From: Candidatus Krumholzibacteriota bacterium
GTDB lineage: Bacteria > Krumholzibacteriota > Krumholzibacteriia > Krumholzibacteriales > WJIX01
Length of the DNA stretch: 64,000 nt
NCBI GenBank assembly: GCA_034520215.1
Contig: JAXHNR010000002.1
Location: 344,642-408,641, forward strand
Direction: 5' to 3'
The translations under genes were made by a program, and so were the position numbers. The notes below the pieces were generated by a model that saw nothing but the letters and a program-made list of their open reading frames with translations, had not been told where the DNA came from and did not search any database. Below are positions 10,434-20,841 of the stretch, one piece after another. Numbering within the stretch: the first letter of the stretch is position 1; every line of letters starts with the position of its first letter.

Positions 10434-13379
10434 GTGATGAGTAGATCAAAAGAAAACAATAAACAGAAACCATTATTTAAGACAAAAATTGTCCCCGGCA
10501 AACCAGGTTCACAGAATCTATTTGAAGAGGAATTTATCCGTGATGAGGGACTCGTGGAATGTCTCGGTATGACGTTTGAAAATGATAAAAAGCGCCGGCA
10601 GCATTTTCTGGAAATATTAAAAGAAAAACTTAAAGACCCTGAATTTCGCAAAATCGAGGGTTTTCCACTCGGAGAGGATGAAGATATTCTCAATCTGTCC
10701 GATCCCCCTTACTACACTGCTTGTCCGAACCCGTGGATCGGTGGTTTTATAAAGCTATGGGAAAGTCAGAAACCAGAGAGGGACAACAAAAAATATCACA
10801 GAGAACCATTTGTCGCTGATGTTAGTGAAGGTAAAAACGATCCAATATACAACGCCCATTCTTATCATACAAAGGTGCCTCACAAAGCGATCATGAGGTA
10901 TATTCTTCACTACACCGCCCCTGGAGACATTGTCTTTGATGGATTTTGCGGTACGGGTATGACGGGTGTCGCGGCGCAGATGTGTGGAAACAAAGATGCG
11001 GTTGAATCTCTGGGTGTTACCAAAAAATCTCCTGAAAAGAAATACAGAGTTGAAAAGGATGGAACAATATCAGAAAAAAAGGTGAACGAAGGGGGGAAAA
11101 CCGTATGGACACCATTTTCCAAAATTGGAGCAAGGAAAGCGGTTCTAAATGACCTTTCCCCAGCGGCAACCTTTATTGCGTATAATTATAACACCCCCGT
11201 TGATGTTGTTGAGTTTGAAAGGGAAGCAAAACGAATCTTAAAGGAAGTAGAAGAAGAATGCGGCTGGATGTATGAGACTGCTCATGAAGATGGACAAAAG
11301 GGCAGGATTAATTACACGGTCTGGTCGGATGTCTTCGTCTGCCCGGAATGTTCCGGGGAAATAATCTTTTCGGAAGCGGCGGTGGATAAAGAGGCCGGGA
11401 AGGTACATAAAGAGTTTCCATGCCCGCACTGCCAGGTTCAACTTACCAAAAGGAAAATGGATAGGGCATGGGTAACAAAGTACGATTCCGCGCTAAACAA
11501 ATCCATACGACAGGCCAAACAGGTTCCGGTACTGATTAACTATTCTCTTCCTGTCCCCGACAGGAAAAGGCCAAAGCGGTTTAAAAAAACACCTGAAGAA
11601 TCTGATCTAGCGCTTATTGAAAGAATAGAGAATAGTGAGATTCCATATTGGTTTCCTGCTGACCGTATGATGGAAGGTGAGGAAACAAGGCGCAACGATA
11701 GATTTGGCATTACCCATGTGCATCATTTTTATACGAAAAGGAATTTGTGGGTGTTGGGGGCGGTGCTGAATATGTGTTCACTTAAAATAAGATTATTATT
11801 TCAATCTCTTTCGCAATTCGTTCAACAAGCTGACAATAATCCTTTGTTATTATTTTTATTCGGAAGTGCTTTACCAAAACTAACTATTATGAATAGGTAC
11901 ATGCCACAACATGGGGGAAGAGCACTTGTTGGCCCCATGGCAAATACACTTTATGTGCCCCCAGTATGTGTTGAGAAGAATGTGATCGATCAATTTCGGT
12001 TTCAATTTAATAAAATCGCCAAAGCATTAAATTCACTTAAGAGCAACTTGGTTTTAACACAAGCTGCGCAACAGATAAATGTGCCTGATAATTCAATTGA
12101 TTATTTGTTTCTTGATCCTCCATTTGGGGCAAATATAATGTACTCAGAGTTAAGCTTTATCAGGGAAGCTTGGTTAAAGGTTTTTACAAATTCTAAACCA
12201 GAAGCAATTGAAAATAAATCGCAAAAGAAAACAATTGATGTGTATAGAATACTGATGGCCGAGTGTTTCAAGGAAACATATAGAATGCTAAAACCAGGAC
12301 ATTGGATGACGGTTGAATTTTCAAACACTAAATCATCTGTGTGGAATAGCATACAACGTGCTCTTTCTGAAGCAGGTTTTATTGTGGCATCTGTTGCCGC
12401 TCTGGACAAAACAAGAGGGGGGCTACATGCTATGATTGGACCTACAGCGGTCAAACAAGATCTCGTAATCTCCGCCTACAAACCCAACGGTGGGTTTGTA
12501 GAACGATTCTTGAAAGAAGCATCAACCGAAGAAGGTGTATGGGATTTTATTCGTACTCATCTCGGCTATCTACCCGTAATAAAGAAACAGGGGAATGAAC
12601 TTGTTCCTGTCCCTGAACGAGATCCGCGCATACTCTTCGATCAGGTTGTTGCTTTCTATGTCAGCAAAGGTTATCGGGTTCCAGTATCTAGCCCGGAGTT
12701 TCAGAAGGGATTAGCTGAGCGTTTTTCTCTTCGCGACGGTATGTACTTCCTGCCTGAGCAGACAGCGGAATACGACAAGAAACGGATGAACGCAAAAGAA
12801 ATTATTCAACTGAACCTCTTTGTATCAGATGAGGCAACCTCTATTCAGTGGCTTAAACAGATACTTAATAAAAAGCCGTTGACCTTCCAAGATATAAATC
12901 CACAGTTTCTGAAAGAAATTTCCGGTTGGGATAAGCATGAAAAAGCCCTTGAGCTTTCTGAAATTCTGGAACAGAACTTTTTGCGTTACGACGGCAAGAG
13001 CAATGTGCCCAGTCAGATTCACAGCTATCTCTCCTCAAATTTTAAAGAGCTGCGCAACCTTGAAAAGGATGATCCTGCGCTTATAGCCAAGGCCAAAGAC
13101 CGCTGGTATGTACCTGATCCTCGGAAGGCTAGTGATCTTGAACAACTCCGAACGAGGGTTTTGATGAGGGAATTTAAAGAATATGTTGAGTACAAGAAGA
13201 AACGAATACGTGTTTTTCGTATGGAAGCTGTCCGCGCTGGCTTTAAGAAAGCATGGCAGGAGCGAGACTACACCACAATAATTGATGTGGCACAAAAGAT
13301 TCCGGACAAGATTATTCAGGAAGATCCCAAGCTCCTTATGTGGTACGATCAGGCTGTAACGAGAACAGGAGAGGAATAA
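10434..13379 (+). CDS. pglX: N6-adenine/N4-cytosine DNA methyltransferase, BREX PglXI-like
   Basis: SDPPYYTACPNPW and LFLDPPFGANIMY (DPPY/F motif IV). VFDGFCGTGMTGVAA is the FxGxG SAM-binding motif. A Cys4 zinc ribbon (CPECSG...CPHCQ) is present. 981 aa. Confidence 0.7.
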   Translation: MMSRSKENNKQKPLFKTKIVPGKPGSQNLFEEEFIRDEGLVECLGMTFENDKKRRQHFLEILKEKLKDPEFRKIEGFPLGEDEDILNLSDPPYYTACPNPWIGGFIKLWESQKPERDNKKYHREPFVADVSEGKNDPIYNAHSYHTKVPHKAIMRYILHYTAPGDIVFDGFCGTGMTGVAAQMCGNKDAVESLGVTKKSPEKKYRVEKDGTISEKKVNEGGKTVWTPFSKIGARKAVLNDLSPAATFIAYNYNTPVDVVEFEREAKRILKEVEEECGWMYETAHEDGQKGRINYTVWSDVFVCPECSGEIIFSEAAVDKEAGKVHKEFPCPHCQVQLTKRKMDRAWVTKYDSALNKSIRQAKQVPVLINYSLPVPDRKRPKRFKKTPEESDLALIERIENSEIPYWFPADRMMEGEETRRNDRFGITHVHHFYTKRNLWVLGAVLNMCSLKIRLLFQSLSQFVQQADNNPLLLFLFGSALPKLTIMNRYMPQHGGRALVGPMANTLYVPPVCVEKNVIDQFRFQFNKIAKALNSLKSNLVLTQAAQQINVPDNSIDYLFLDPPFGANIMYSELSFIREAWLKVFTNSKPEAIENKSQKKTIDVYRILMAECFKETYRMLKPGHWMTVEFSNTKSSVWNSIQRALSEAGFIVASVAALDKTRGGLHAMIGPTAVKQDLVISAYKPNGGFVERFLKEASTEEGVWDFIRTHLGYLPVIKKQGNELVPVPERDPRILFDQVVAFYVSKGYRVPVSSPEFQKGLAERFSLRDGMYFLPEQTAEYDKKRMNAKEIIQLNLFVSDEATSIQWLKQILNKKPLTFQDINPQFLKEISGWDKHEKALELSEILEQNFLRYDGKSNVPSQIHSYLSSNFKELRNLEKDDPALIAKAKDRWYVPDPRKASDLEQLRTRVLMREFKEYVEYKKKRIRVFRMEAVRAGFKKAWQERDYTTIIDVAQKIPDKIIQEDPKLLMWYDQAVTRTGEE

Positions 13380-13381
13380 TT

Positions 13382-14674
13382 ATGGCGAAAATAGAAGGAA
13401 TCAGAATTCAAAATTACGGTGTGTTAAAAGATATAATACTGGGAAAGTTATGGAACTTACAAAATGCCAAACCACTGACACCCATGACTGCGGTTATTGG
13501 AAAAAACGGGGTAGGTAAGAGTTCTTTGTTCGATGCCTTTGGTTTTCTTGCTGATTGCCTGAAATTGGGAGTTGAAGATGCATGTAATGCCAGGGGGCGG
13601 GGCGGCTTTGAGCGTATTTGTTCTCAAGGGAGTAATGGCCCGATCGAGTTTCAGATATACTACAGGCAGCATGGTAATGCCAGACCTATTACATATGAAA
13701 TTGCAATTGACAAAGATAAGGCTGGCCGATCCTACGTAAAAAAGGAACGGCTCAGACAGAGGCGCAAGGGACAGAGCTATGGATGGCCTTTTTCGTTTCT
13801 TGTGTTGAATGAAGGAAAAGGAGTCGTATGGAAAGGCGAAGAACATGGACAGCAGATTGATGAAGGTAAAGTGGATTTTGACTTGTTCGGGTTGATGAAG
13901 AAAATTGGAGCAACACCACAAAAAGAAGAAAGCCGCGAAACAGAGATTATTGAACTACAAGACAAGCGCAAGCTTGGCATTGCAACCCTTGGGGCACTAA
14001 AACAACATCCCAGGATATCGGCATTTCGCCAGTTTATCGAGGGCTGGTATATGAGTTACTTTACTCCGGATGCTGCTCGCAGTCTTCCATTGGCCGGGCC
14101 ACAAAGGCATTTGAATATCCACGGAGATAATCTCGGTAATGTCGTTCAGTTCATGCAGCGTGATCATCCTAAACGTTTTAATAGTATACTCAATCGCATT
14201 GCTGAAAAAATTCCCGGAATTGACAAAATTGATACCGAAGAGAGTCCGGATAAACGGCTGCTTTTGCGTTTTAATGATAAAGGCTTCGATAGTCCGTTCT
14301 ATGCTCAGCAAATGTCTGATGGTACGCTAAAAGTCTTTGCTTACTTTTTGTTATTGGAGGATCCGACACCCCCGCCTTTTATCTGTATTGAAGAGCCTGA
14401 AAACGGGCTGTATCACAAATTGTTGGAGCCTTTGGCCGCTGAATTCCGTACGCATGCAACGGGCAGAAAAAACTCGCCGCAACTCTTTATTACCACGCAT
14501 CAACCATATTTTGTGGATGCACTAACGCCAGAAGAGACATGGATTCTTGAAAAAGGCTCGGACGGTTTTTCGAGGATACGAAGGGCCAGCGAGGATGCAA
14601 CCGTCAAAGCCATGGTAGATGAAGGATTACCGCTTGGTGGCCTCTGGTACAGTGATTATCTGGATGCGAGGTGA
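13382..14674 (+). CDS. AAA_21 / ABC-type (SMC-like) ATPase, defence-associated
   Basis: Start MAKIEGIRIQNYGVLKDI. Walker A GKNGVGKSSLFDA. C-terminal Walker B-like ICIEEPENGLYH. Start reassigned to the ATG at 13382, which follows GGAGAGGA. Confidence 0.65.
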   Translation: MAKIEGIRIQNYGVLKDIILGKLWNLQNAKPLTPMTAVIGKNGVGKSSLFDAFGFLADCLKLGVEDACNARGRGGFERICSQGSNGPIEFQIYYRQHGNARPITYEIAIDKDKAGRSYVKKERLRQRRKGQSYGWPFSFLVLNEGKGVVWKGEEHGQQIDEGKVDFDLFGLMKKIGATPQKEESRETEIIELQDKRKLGIATLGALKQHPRISAFRQFIEGWYMSYFTPDAARSLPLAGPQRHLNIHGDNLGNVVQFMQRDHPKRFNSILNRIAEKIPGIDKIDTEESPDKRLLLRFNDKGFDSPFYAQQMSDGTLKVFAYFLLLEDPTPPPFICIEEPENGLYHKLLEPLAAEFRTHATGRKNSPQLFITTHQPYFVDALTPEETWILEKGSDGFSRIRRASEDATVKAMVDEGLPLGGLWYSDYLDAR

Positions 14675-14678
14675 GCCA

Positions 14679-15341
14679 ATGCACTTTCAAATACATGTTG
14701 AAGATGCGTCTGGGAAAATCGTGTTGGAATCTATTATGGATAAGATTCTGAGCCCACAGGACCTAAATCACACATATAAAATATATTCTTACAAAGGCAT
14801 TGGGCGTATTCCAAATGACCTAAAAGGAACAATAGATCCACAAAAGCGCATTCTTATGGATAGATTGCCAAAGTTACTAAGAGGGTACGGGAAAAGTTTG
14901 CAGCATAGTTCTGTTTCTGTTGTGGTGTTTGTCGTAGATCTCGATTATAGGGATTGTATAGCATTCAAAGAAGAAATGATTGATGTATTAAATGCCTGCA
15001 ATCCAAAGCCAAAAACGCTATTCAGGATTGCGATAGAGGAAATAGAAGCTTGGTTGTTGGGAGATCGTAATGCTATTAAAACTGCTTACCCTCACGCAAA
15101 AAATCAGGTTTTAAACAGTTATCAGCAAGACAGTATATGTGATACATGGGAGAAACTTGCGGATGCCATATATTCTGGGGGATCGAAAAAAGTTAAAAAA
15201 CAGGGATGGCCCCATACAGGACAGTTAAAATGTCGTTGGGCGAAAAAGATTGCTCCTCATATGGATGTAGAAAATAATCAATCAAAAAGTTTCAGGATTT
15301 TCCGTGATGGAATAAGAAAATTGGCAGGAAGTGTGATCTGA
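14679..15341 (+). CDS. DUF4276-like Toprim/OLD-type partner of the AAA_21 ATPase
   Basis: HFQIHVEDASGKIVLESI (conserved acidic residues), VVFVVDLDYRD and the EEIEAWLL motif. Start reassigned to ATG 14679, 4 nt after the ATPase stop, with GAGGTGAG upstream. Confidence 0.5.
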   Translation: MHFQIHVEDASGKIVLESIMDKILSPQDLNHTYKIYSYKGIGRIPNDLKGTIDPQKRILMDRLPKLLRGYGKSLQHSSVSVVVFVVDLDYRDCIAFKEEMIDVLNACNPKPKTLFRIAIEEIEAWLLGDRNAIKTAYPHAKNQVLNSYQQDSICDTWEKLADAIYSGGSKKVKKQGWPHTGQLKCRWAKKIAPHMDVENNQSKSFRIFRDGIRKLAGSVI

Positions 15342-18136
15342 TGAACGGGAACAAATGGCACTACAGTCTCGATCACGACCAAATCTGCAAGGTTATTGAA
15401 ACCCAGAAGCTTTGGGGCAAAACCACCTGCTGTGTCTGGTTTCCGGTTTCGGACTCGGTGGTGCATGTTTCTGCGGCAGGACTTAAACCGATTGAGGACA
15501 TTGTAACATGTACGCCGGAGCATGTTACCTACATTGCAGCTGCAGCCAGGGTAGCAGAAGCGCTTACTCAGAATGTCCTGCTTTCGCCTGTTGAATCTTC
15601 GGTTATTCCTCTCCCCCATCAGATCAAGACACTGTCCCGGGCGATTTCTGGTGATAGGATACGCTATCTCTTGGCAGACGAGGTTGGGCTCGGAAAGACC
15701 ATCGAAGCTGGTTTGATCATGCGAGAGCTTAAATTGCGCGGTTTGGTTACAAGAACTTTAGTTATTTCACCCAAAGGCCTGCTTACGCAATGGATGGCCG
15801 AAATGCAGACTCATTTTGGAGAGGATTTTCGAATTCTTATTCCAGGTGATTTTTCAACCTATAGGCGTATAACCCGTGAAGAAAATATGTGGAAAAGCCA
15901 TGATCAAATTATCTGTTCCATGGATTCTGTAAAACCGATGGACAAACATCGTGGTTGGACGCAGGAGAGGATCACTGAATACAACAGCGAACGTTTCGAA
16001 GATCTGATTGCTGCCGGCTGGGATCTTATTATCGTGGACGAGGCGCACCGTCTTGGTGGAAGCACAGATCAGATCGCCCGCTTCAAACTTGGCAAGGGAT
16101 TGGCCGCGGCATCTCCCTATCTCTTGATGCTCTCCGCTACACCTCATCAGGGAAAGACCGATGCTTTTCACCGTTTGGTTTCCCTTGTCGATTCTGAGGC
16201 CTTTCCGAATGAAGCCAGTGTCACTAGTGAGAGGGTTCAACCTTACGTTATACGCACCGAGAAACGTCAGGCCATAGACGCAAAGGGAAGGCCGCTCTTT
16301 AAGCCCCGGCGTACGGAACTTGCCCCGATCGCATGGGAAAAACGACATCGGGATCAGGAACTTCTTTATGAAGCTGTTACCGAATATGTAAGGCAGGGTT
16401 ACAATCAGGCTAGAAAGGAAAAGCGAAGCTATATTGGTTTTCTTATGATTCTTATGCAACGTCTAGTAGTCTCAAGTACAGCAGCGATCAGCAGCACTCT
16501 TGAACGAAGACTGGAGGTGTTAAAAGCGCCGCAGGAACAGTTAAATCTGTTCCCGGATTATTCAGAAGAGGATTGGGCGGATATGGATGGAGAGGAACAG
16601 ATCGAAACTCTGCTGATGACCCGTTTGAATGCCATGAAAAATGAGAGAGCTGAGGTAAAATTGCTCCTCGATGTCGCAAGACGCTGCGCACAAGTTGGAC
16701 CGGATGCGAAGACTGAGGCATTACTGGACTGGATCTATCGGTTGCAACAGGAAGAAGGCGATCCGGAGCTAAAGATCCTCGTTTTTACCGAATTTGTATC
16801 TACCCAGAAAATGCTCGAACAATTCTTGAAAGATCGCGGGTTTTCAGTGGTTTGTCTGAATGGTTCACTGAACATGAATGACCGCAAAGATGTCCAGGAA
16901 TCTTTCGCGGAGGATGTGCGAGTTTTGGTTTCTACAGATGCGGGCGGCGAAGGCCTAAACCTACAATTCTGTCATGCTGTGATTAACTACGATATTCCAT
17001 GGAACCCGATGCGGCTTGAACAGCGCATTGGACGAGTAGATCGCATTGGTCAGGGGCATGTTGTACGAGCTGTTAACTTTATTTTTGATAGTTCCGTGGA
17101 GCATCGTGTGCAGGAGGTGCTAGAAGAAAAACTGGCTGTTATCCTCGAAGAGTTTGGTATCGATAAAACCGGTGATGTGCTTGATTCAGCACAAGCAGGA
17201 CAGATTTTCGACGATCTTTATGTGGAAGCCATTCTTCATCCGGAAGACGTGGAATCATCAGTTGATACGGTTGTTTCCCGTATCCATGATCAGATTCTGG
17301 AAGCTAAGAAAAGCTCTTCGGTCCTTGGAAAAGCCGAGGATTTAGACCCCGGTGAAGCAAAACGTCTGATGGTTCATCCGCTTCCCGACTGGGTGGAAAG
17401 TATGACGGTTAATTATCTGCATGCAAACGGAGGCAGGGCGGAAAAAAAGCGACGCACGTGGGACCTTGAGTGGCCGGACGGGGAGTTGTTTTCGAACATG
17501 GTTTTTACAAGAAAGGATGCCTTTGATATTCCAACTGCTCACCACTTGACCTTGGAGAATAAAAAAGTTCGCAATTTGGTAATGAAGTTGCCTCGAATGG
17601 TAAGGGGGCAGCCAATACAGTCAGTTAATATTCCGGGGCTTTCCAATGAAATTAAAGGGTTTTGGTCTCTCTGGACAATCACAATTCATGCTGATGACTG
17701 GAAATGGCAGCGGGTATTGGCCATATTTTTGCACGATGACGGCAGAATTCTTAAGCCTACAGCACGCCACATCTGGAATAAATTACTGGCAGTTTCTCCG
17801 GAGATTGGCAGACATCTTAAAAGCGATTCCGCTCATGACGCATTTGATCGAGTAATGGAAGCAGCAGAAAAGGATGGAAAGGCAATTTATGATGGAATCG
17901 TTCAAATGCACCGTAAACGCTTAATTCGTGAACGCAGCAAGGGAACATATGCCTTTAATGCAAGGCGAAAGGCCATGGAACAAATTGGATTGCCGCAAGT
18001 TCGAGACCACAGGTTGGGTAAATTGAATCGTGAAGAGGATGAATGGTGTGAGCAATTGGAACGCAGAGCTAAAGTGATTCCCGAAATGGCAGCTCTTCTT
18101 TTGATATACATGGAGGGAACCAATGCGATCAGGTGA
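15341..18136 (+). CDS. brxH: SNF2-family helicase, BrxHII-like
   Basis: Helicase motif I LLADEVGLGKTIEAG, motif II LIIVDEAHRL, motif III LMLSATPHQGK, and a C-terminal helicase domain (QRIGRVDRIGQ). 931 aa. Confidence 0.7.
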   Translation: MNGNKWHYSLDHDQICKVIETQKLWGKTTCCVWFPVSDSVVHVSAAGLKPIEDIVTCTPEHVTYIAAAARVAEALTQNVLLSPVESSVIPLPHQIKTLSRAISGDRIRYLLADEVGLGKTIEAGLIMRELKLRGLVTRTLVISPKGLLTQWMAEMQTHFGEDFRILIPGDFSTYRRITREENMWKSHDQIICSMDSVKPMDKHRGWTQERITEYNSERFEDLIAAGWDLIIVDEAHRLGGSTDQIARFKLGKGLAAASPYLLMLSATPHQGKTDAFHRLVSLVDSEAFPNEASVTSERVQPYVIRTEKRQAIDAKGRPLFKPRRTELAPIAWEKRHRDQELLYEAVTEYVRQGYNQARKEKRSYIGFLMILMQRLVVSSTAAISSTLERRLEVLKAPQEQLNLFPDYSEEDWADMDGEEQIETLLMTRLNAMKNERAEVKLLLDVARRCAQVGPDAKTEALLDWIYRLQQEEGDPELKILVFTEFVSTQKMLEQFLKDRGFSVVCLNGSLNMNDRKDVQESFAEDVRVLVSTDAGGEGLNLQFCHAVINYDIPWNPMRLEQRIGRVDRIGQGHVVRAVNFIFDSSVEHRVQEVLEEKLAVILEEFGIDKTGDVLDSAQAGQIFDDLYVEAILHPEDVESSVDTVVSRIHDQILEAKKSSSVLGKAEDLDPGEAKRLMVHPLPDWVESMTVNYLHANGGRAEKKRRTWDLEWPDGELFSNMVFTRKDAFDIPTAHHLTLENKKVRNLVMKLPRMVRGQPIQSVNIPGLSNEIKGFWSLWTITIHADDWKWQRVLAIFLHDDGRILKPTARHIWNKLLAVSPEIGRHLKSDSAHDAFDRVMEAAEKDGKAIYDGIVQMHRKRLIRERSKGTYAFNARRKAMEQIGLPQVRDHRLGKLNREEDEWCEQLERRAKVIPEMAALLLIYMEGTNAIR

Positions 18137-18836
18137 CAAATTTATCGAATTATTTAATAAGCTCGAGACAACTCTAAGACAAAAAGTAAACTGGAATAAT
18201 CATAAGTCTTTCTATCAATTAGTAAATGTGGCTGCTAAAAAGTATTCCGTAGTTCATAGAAATCGGGATATTCTGAAAGATTTTGGTAATCTTAGGAACG
18301 CTATTGTTCATGATACTAAGTATCCCAAGAAGATTCTAGCCGATCCGCGGCGTGAGACTTTGGATAGTTTAGAAAATGTATTTGAAGCAATCACCAACCC
18401 TAAAAAAGTTATTCCAAAGTTTCAGAAAGATATCAAAGTATTTTCCCTAGAAGAAAAACTTACTAAGGTTTTAAAATATATGGGCAAAAACGATTTCTCG
18501 CAGGTTGTTGTATATAACAATGAGCATTACCAAACATTGTCTTCTGAGGCTATTGTAGGATGGTTAAGAAGCGCCATCGGTGTTGGAATTGCTGATCTGG
18601 AAGGTTCTAAAGTTGAGAATTCCCTAATATTCGAAGACGAAAAAACATGCGAATATTTGTCTCGAAACGAACCAATTGATTCTGCCTTTGAACTATTTGA
18701 AAAGGCGATTCAAAGAAACATACCACGATTGCAAGCCATCCTCGTGTCAGAGTCGGGTAAGTCTGATCAAAAACCTTTTGGCCTTATTACTCCATGGGAT
18801 CTGCTCAGTATAAATGGAGAAGATACTAATGAATAG
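18123..18836 (+). CDS. hypothetical protein with HEPN-like Rx4H motif and C-terminal CBS-like segment, embedded between helicase and PglZ
   Basis: LRNAIVHD contains the R-x4-H HEPN signature. C-terminal KPFGLITPWDLLS resembles a CBS motif. Overlaps both flanking genes. Confidence 0.3.
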   Translation: MRSGDKFIELFNKLETTLRQKVNWNNHKSFYQLVNVAAKKYSVVHRNRDILKDFGNLRNAIVHDTKYPKKILADPRRETLDSLENVFEAITNPKKVIPKFQKDIKVFSLEEKLTKVLKYMGKNDFSQVVVYNNEHYQTLSSEAIVGWLRSAIGVGIADLEGSKVENSLIFEDEKTCEYLSRNEPIDSAFELFEKAIQRNIPRLQAILVSESGKSDQKPFGLITPWDLLSINGEDTNE

Positions 18837-20841
18837 TTGGCGAGGGCAGATTCTAAAGGAATTTACTCCTCGGGTTGCACGCCTGACGCTGGTTGCCGAC
18901 CCGGATGGGCTTTTACTGGAGGAAGGTATTTTGAAGGGGATTCGCGAACGTGGCTTCGAACTAATCCTTTTCGAGGATCATGTAGCATTTCGCTACGCTT
19001 ACGAATCTAAATTCCGTTCTCGCTGGGATCATGGTGAACACACTGATCTGGTGGTCGTATTGAGATCGCCCTCAAGCGACCTTGATTCTCTTCCCTATGA
19101 TCTTCTGCAGGCAGGGCGAAAACTGTCTTTTAATCTAGGAGAGCTGTTTCCCAATCTAAGTTACCCGGTGATTGCCGCGTTGGACGCGCAAGATCTTGAT
19201 GCTCTTTTTCTGGCTCAGCTACAGTATATGCCTGGTAACATGGGTGATAATGCGACAAAAGAATTTGTGCTGCGTCATGTATTCGAGATTGCCCCCGAAC
19301 TTATAAAACAGCCATCCGATCTTCTGCGGGTTTTGCTGCGCCGTCACTACCGGAGACAGCGGATACCTGCCATGCTTGATCAGCGTTTTATCCAGGTGTT
19401 AAGACAGAATGGTCTATTTAAAGATTGGCAGCTCGACAAAATTGTTTCCGACCGTGAAGTTTTCTTTGCTTTTCTGCAAGAGCGCTGGCCGGCTTTCCTG
19501 GATTGCATGGCTGACCGGGGAAAACAACCAAAGACGGGAAATGAAGGAAAAGGTGATTACGGACTCCAATACTCAGGCCCCCTAGATATTCCCTTCGACC
19601 ATGACGATATTCGGGTTTATATTGACAATTTGTTCATAGAGGGATTACTCCATTCTGTCTATCACAAAAAGGGTGATGAATTGAAGTCAACCTGGGCCGG
19701 AGTTGGCATCCAGACCGATGCAGAAGAAGATCATCAGTATAGACTGGACAGATTGATTGATATGATCCGTAACAATATTCCAACAGAGGATGCCAGGCAT
19801 ACAGATTGGTTCCGTTTCGGTTATAGCTATGCTGAAATTAGTGTACTCGAACATGAGATAAACAGCGGACTGTCGGGTGATGAAAAAGAGCGTATTGCTT
19901 CACTTCGTTTATCAGTTGATGAGGCATTTCGCGAGTGGGTTGAGGATCGGTTTGCAGGTCTACATAATCAGCCCCCCGTGCCACCGGCAATGATTCACCA
20001 CATCCCGAGGGTCCTGGCAAGGGAGATTGGTGACTCAAGTAAAAAGAAGGTCGCATTTCTGCTGGTGGATGGGTTAGCTCTTAATCAGTGGCTTGTCTTA
20101 CGTGATGTGCTCCAGTATCAAAGGAAAAAATTAGAATTCCGAGAAAGCGCTGTTTTCGCCTGGATTCCCACCGTGACATCAGTGTCACGGCAGGCTGCCT
20201 TTGCCGGTAAACCACCGATTTACTTTCCCTCGAGTATACATACCACGAATAAGGAACAATCCCTTTGGACTCAATTCTGGGCGGATCAAGGACTGACAGG
20301 CACTGCTGAAGCATACGCAAGGGGCATTGGGGATGGTGATATCGACAAGGTGCGTGAGATCCTATCGCGCCCGAAGATTCGTGTGGTAGGGCTTGTTATC
20401 GATAAGGTAGACAAAATTATGCACGGCATGGAACTGGGTGCGGCTGGTATGTTGAGCCAGGTTCGTCAGTGGGCTATGCAGGGTTTTATGTCTGATCTTA
20501 TTGACATTCTTCTTTGTCAGGGCTTTCAGGTTTTTTTAAGTTCAGATCATGGTAACATTGAGGCGCAGGGTTGTGGAAGGCCGGCTGAAGGTTCTGTTGC
20601 GGATATAAGGGGCGAGCGAATTCGCGTGTATCCGGATGATCTGTTGCGGGCATCGGTCAGGAAAGATTTTCCAGAAGCTATAGAATGGCCGCCGATTGGC
20701 CTGCCGGAGGACTATCGCGCCCTGCTGGCACCAGACCGAAAGGCATTCATTCGGAAAAACGAAACCACCGTCGGACACGGCGGAATTTCTATCGAAGAAC
20801 TGATAGTTCCTCTGGTTCAGATCTATAGGAGGAATAAATGA
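18814..20841 (+). CDS. pglZ: BREX PglZ alkaline-phosphatase-superfamily protein
   Basis: 675 aa. VAFLLVDGLALNQW and FLSSDHGNIEAQG (metal-binding D/H motifs of the PglZ/alkaline phosphatase fold). Confidence 0.7.
   Translation: MEKILMNSWRGQILKEFTPRVARLTLVADPDGLLLEEGILKGIRERGFELILFEDHVAFRYAYESKFRSRWDHGEHTDLVVVLRSPSSDLDSLPYDLLQAGRKLSFNLGELFPNLSYPVIAALDAQDLDALFLAQLQYMPGNMGDNATKEFVLRHVFEIAPELIKQPSDLLRVLLRRHYRRQRIPAMLDQRFIQVLRQNGLFKDWQLDKIVSDREVFFAFLQERWPAFLDCMADRGKQPKTGNEGKGDYGLQYSGPLDIPFDHDDIRVYIDNLFIEGLLHSVYHKKGDELKSTWAGVGIQTDAEEDHQYRLDRLIDMIRNNIPTEDARHTDWFRFGYSYAEISVLEHEINSGLSGDEKERIASLRLSVDEAFREWVEDRFAGLHNQPPVPPAMIHHIPRVLAREIGDSSKKKVAFLLVDGLALNQWLVLRDVLQYQRKKLEFRESAVFAWIPTVTSVSRQAAFAGKPPIYFPSSIHTTNKEQSLWTQFWADQGLTGTAEAYARGIGDGDIDKVREILSRPKIRVVGLVIDKVDKIMHGMELGAAGMLSQVRQWAMQGFMSDLIDILLCQGFQVFLSSDHGNIEAQGCGRPAEGSVADIRGERIRVYPDDLLRASVRKDFPEAIEWPPIGLPEDYRALLAPDRKAFIRKNETTVGHGGISIEELIVPLVQIYRRNK

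Noticed and set aside
14619-14678. Upstream extension of the DUF4276 gene (track start at 14619)
   Set aside because: The extension overlaps the ATPase C-terminus by 56 nt and lacks an RBS. ATG 14679 sits 4 nt after the ATPase stop with an RBS, and conserved sequence begins right after it.
15854-16459. 201-aa minus-strand ORF inside the SNF2 helicase gene
   Set aside because: Antisense to helicase motifs I-III. Low-complexity translation.
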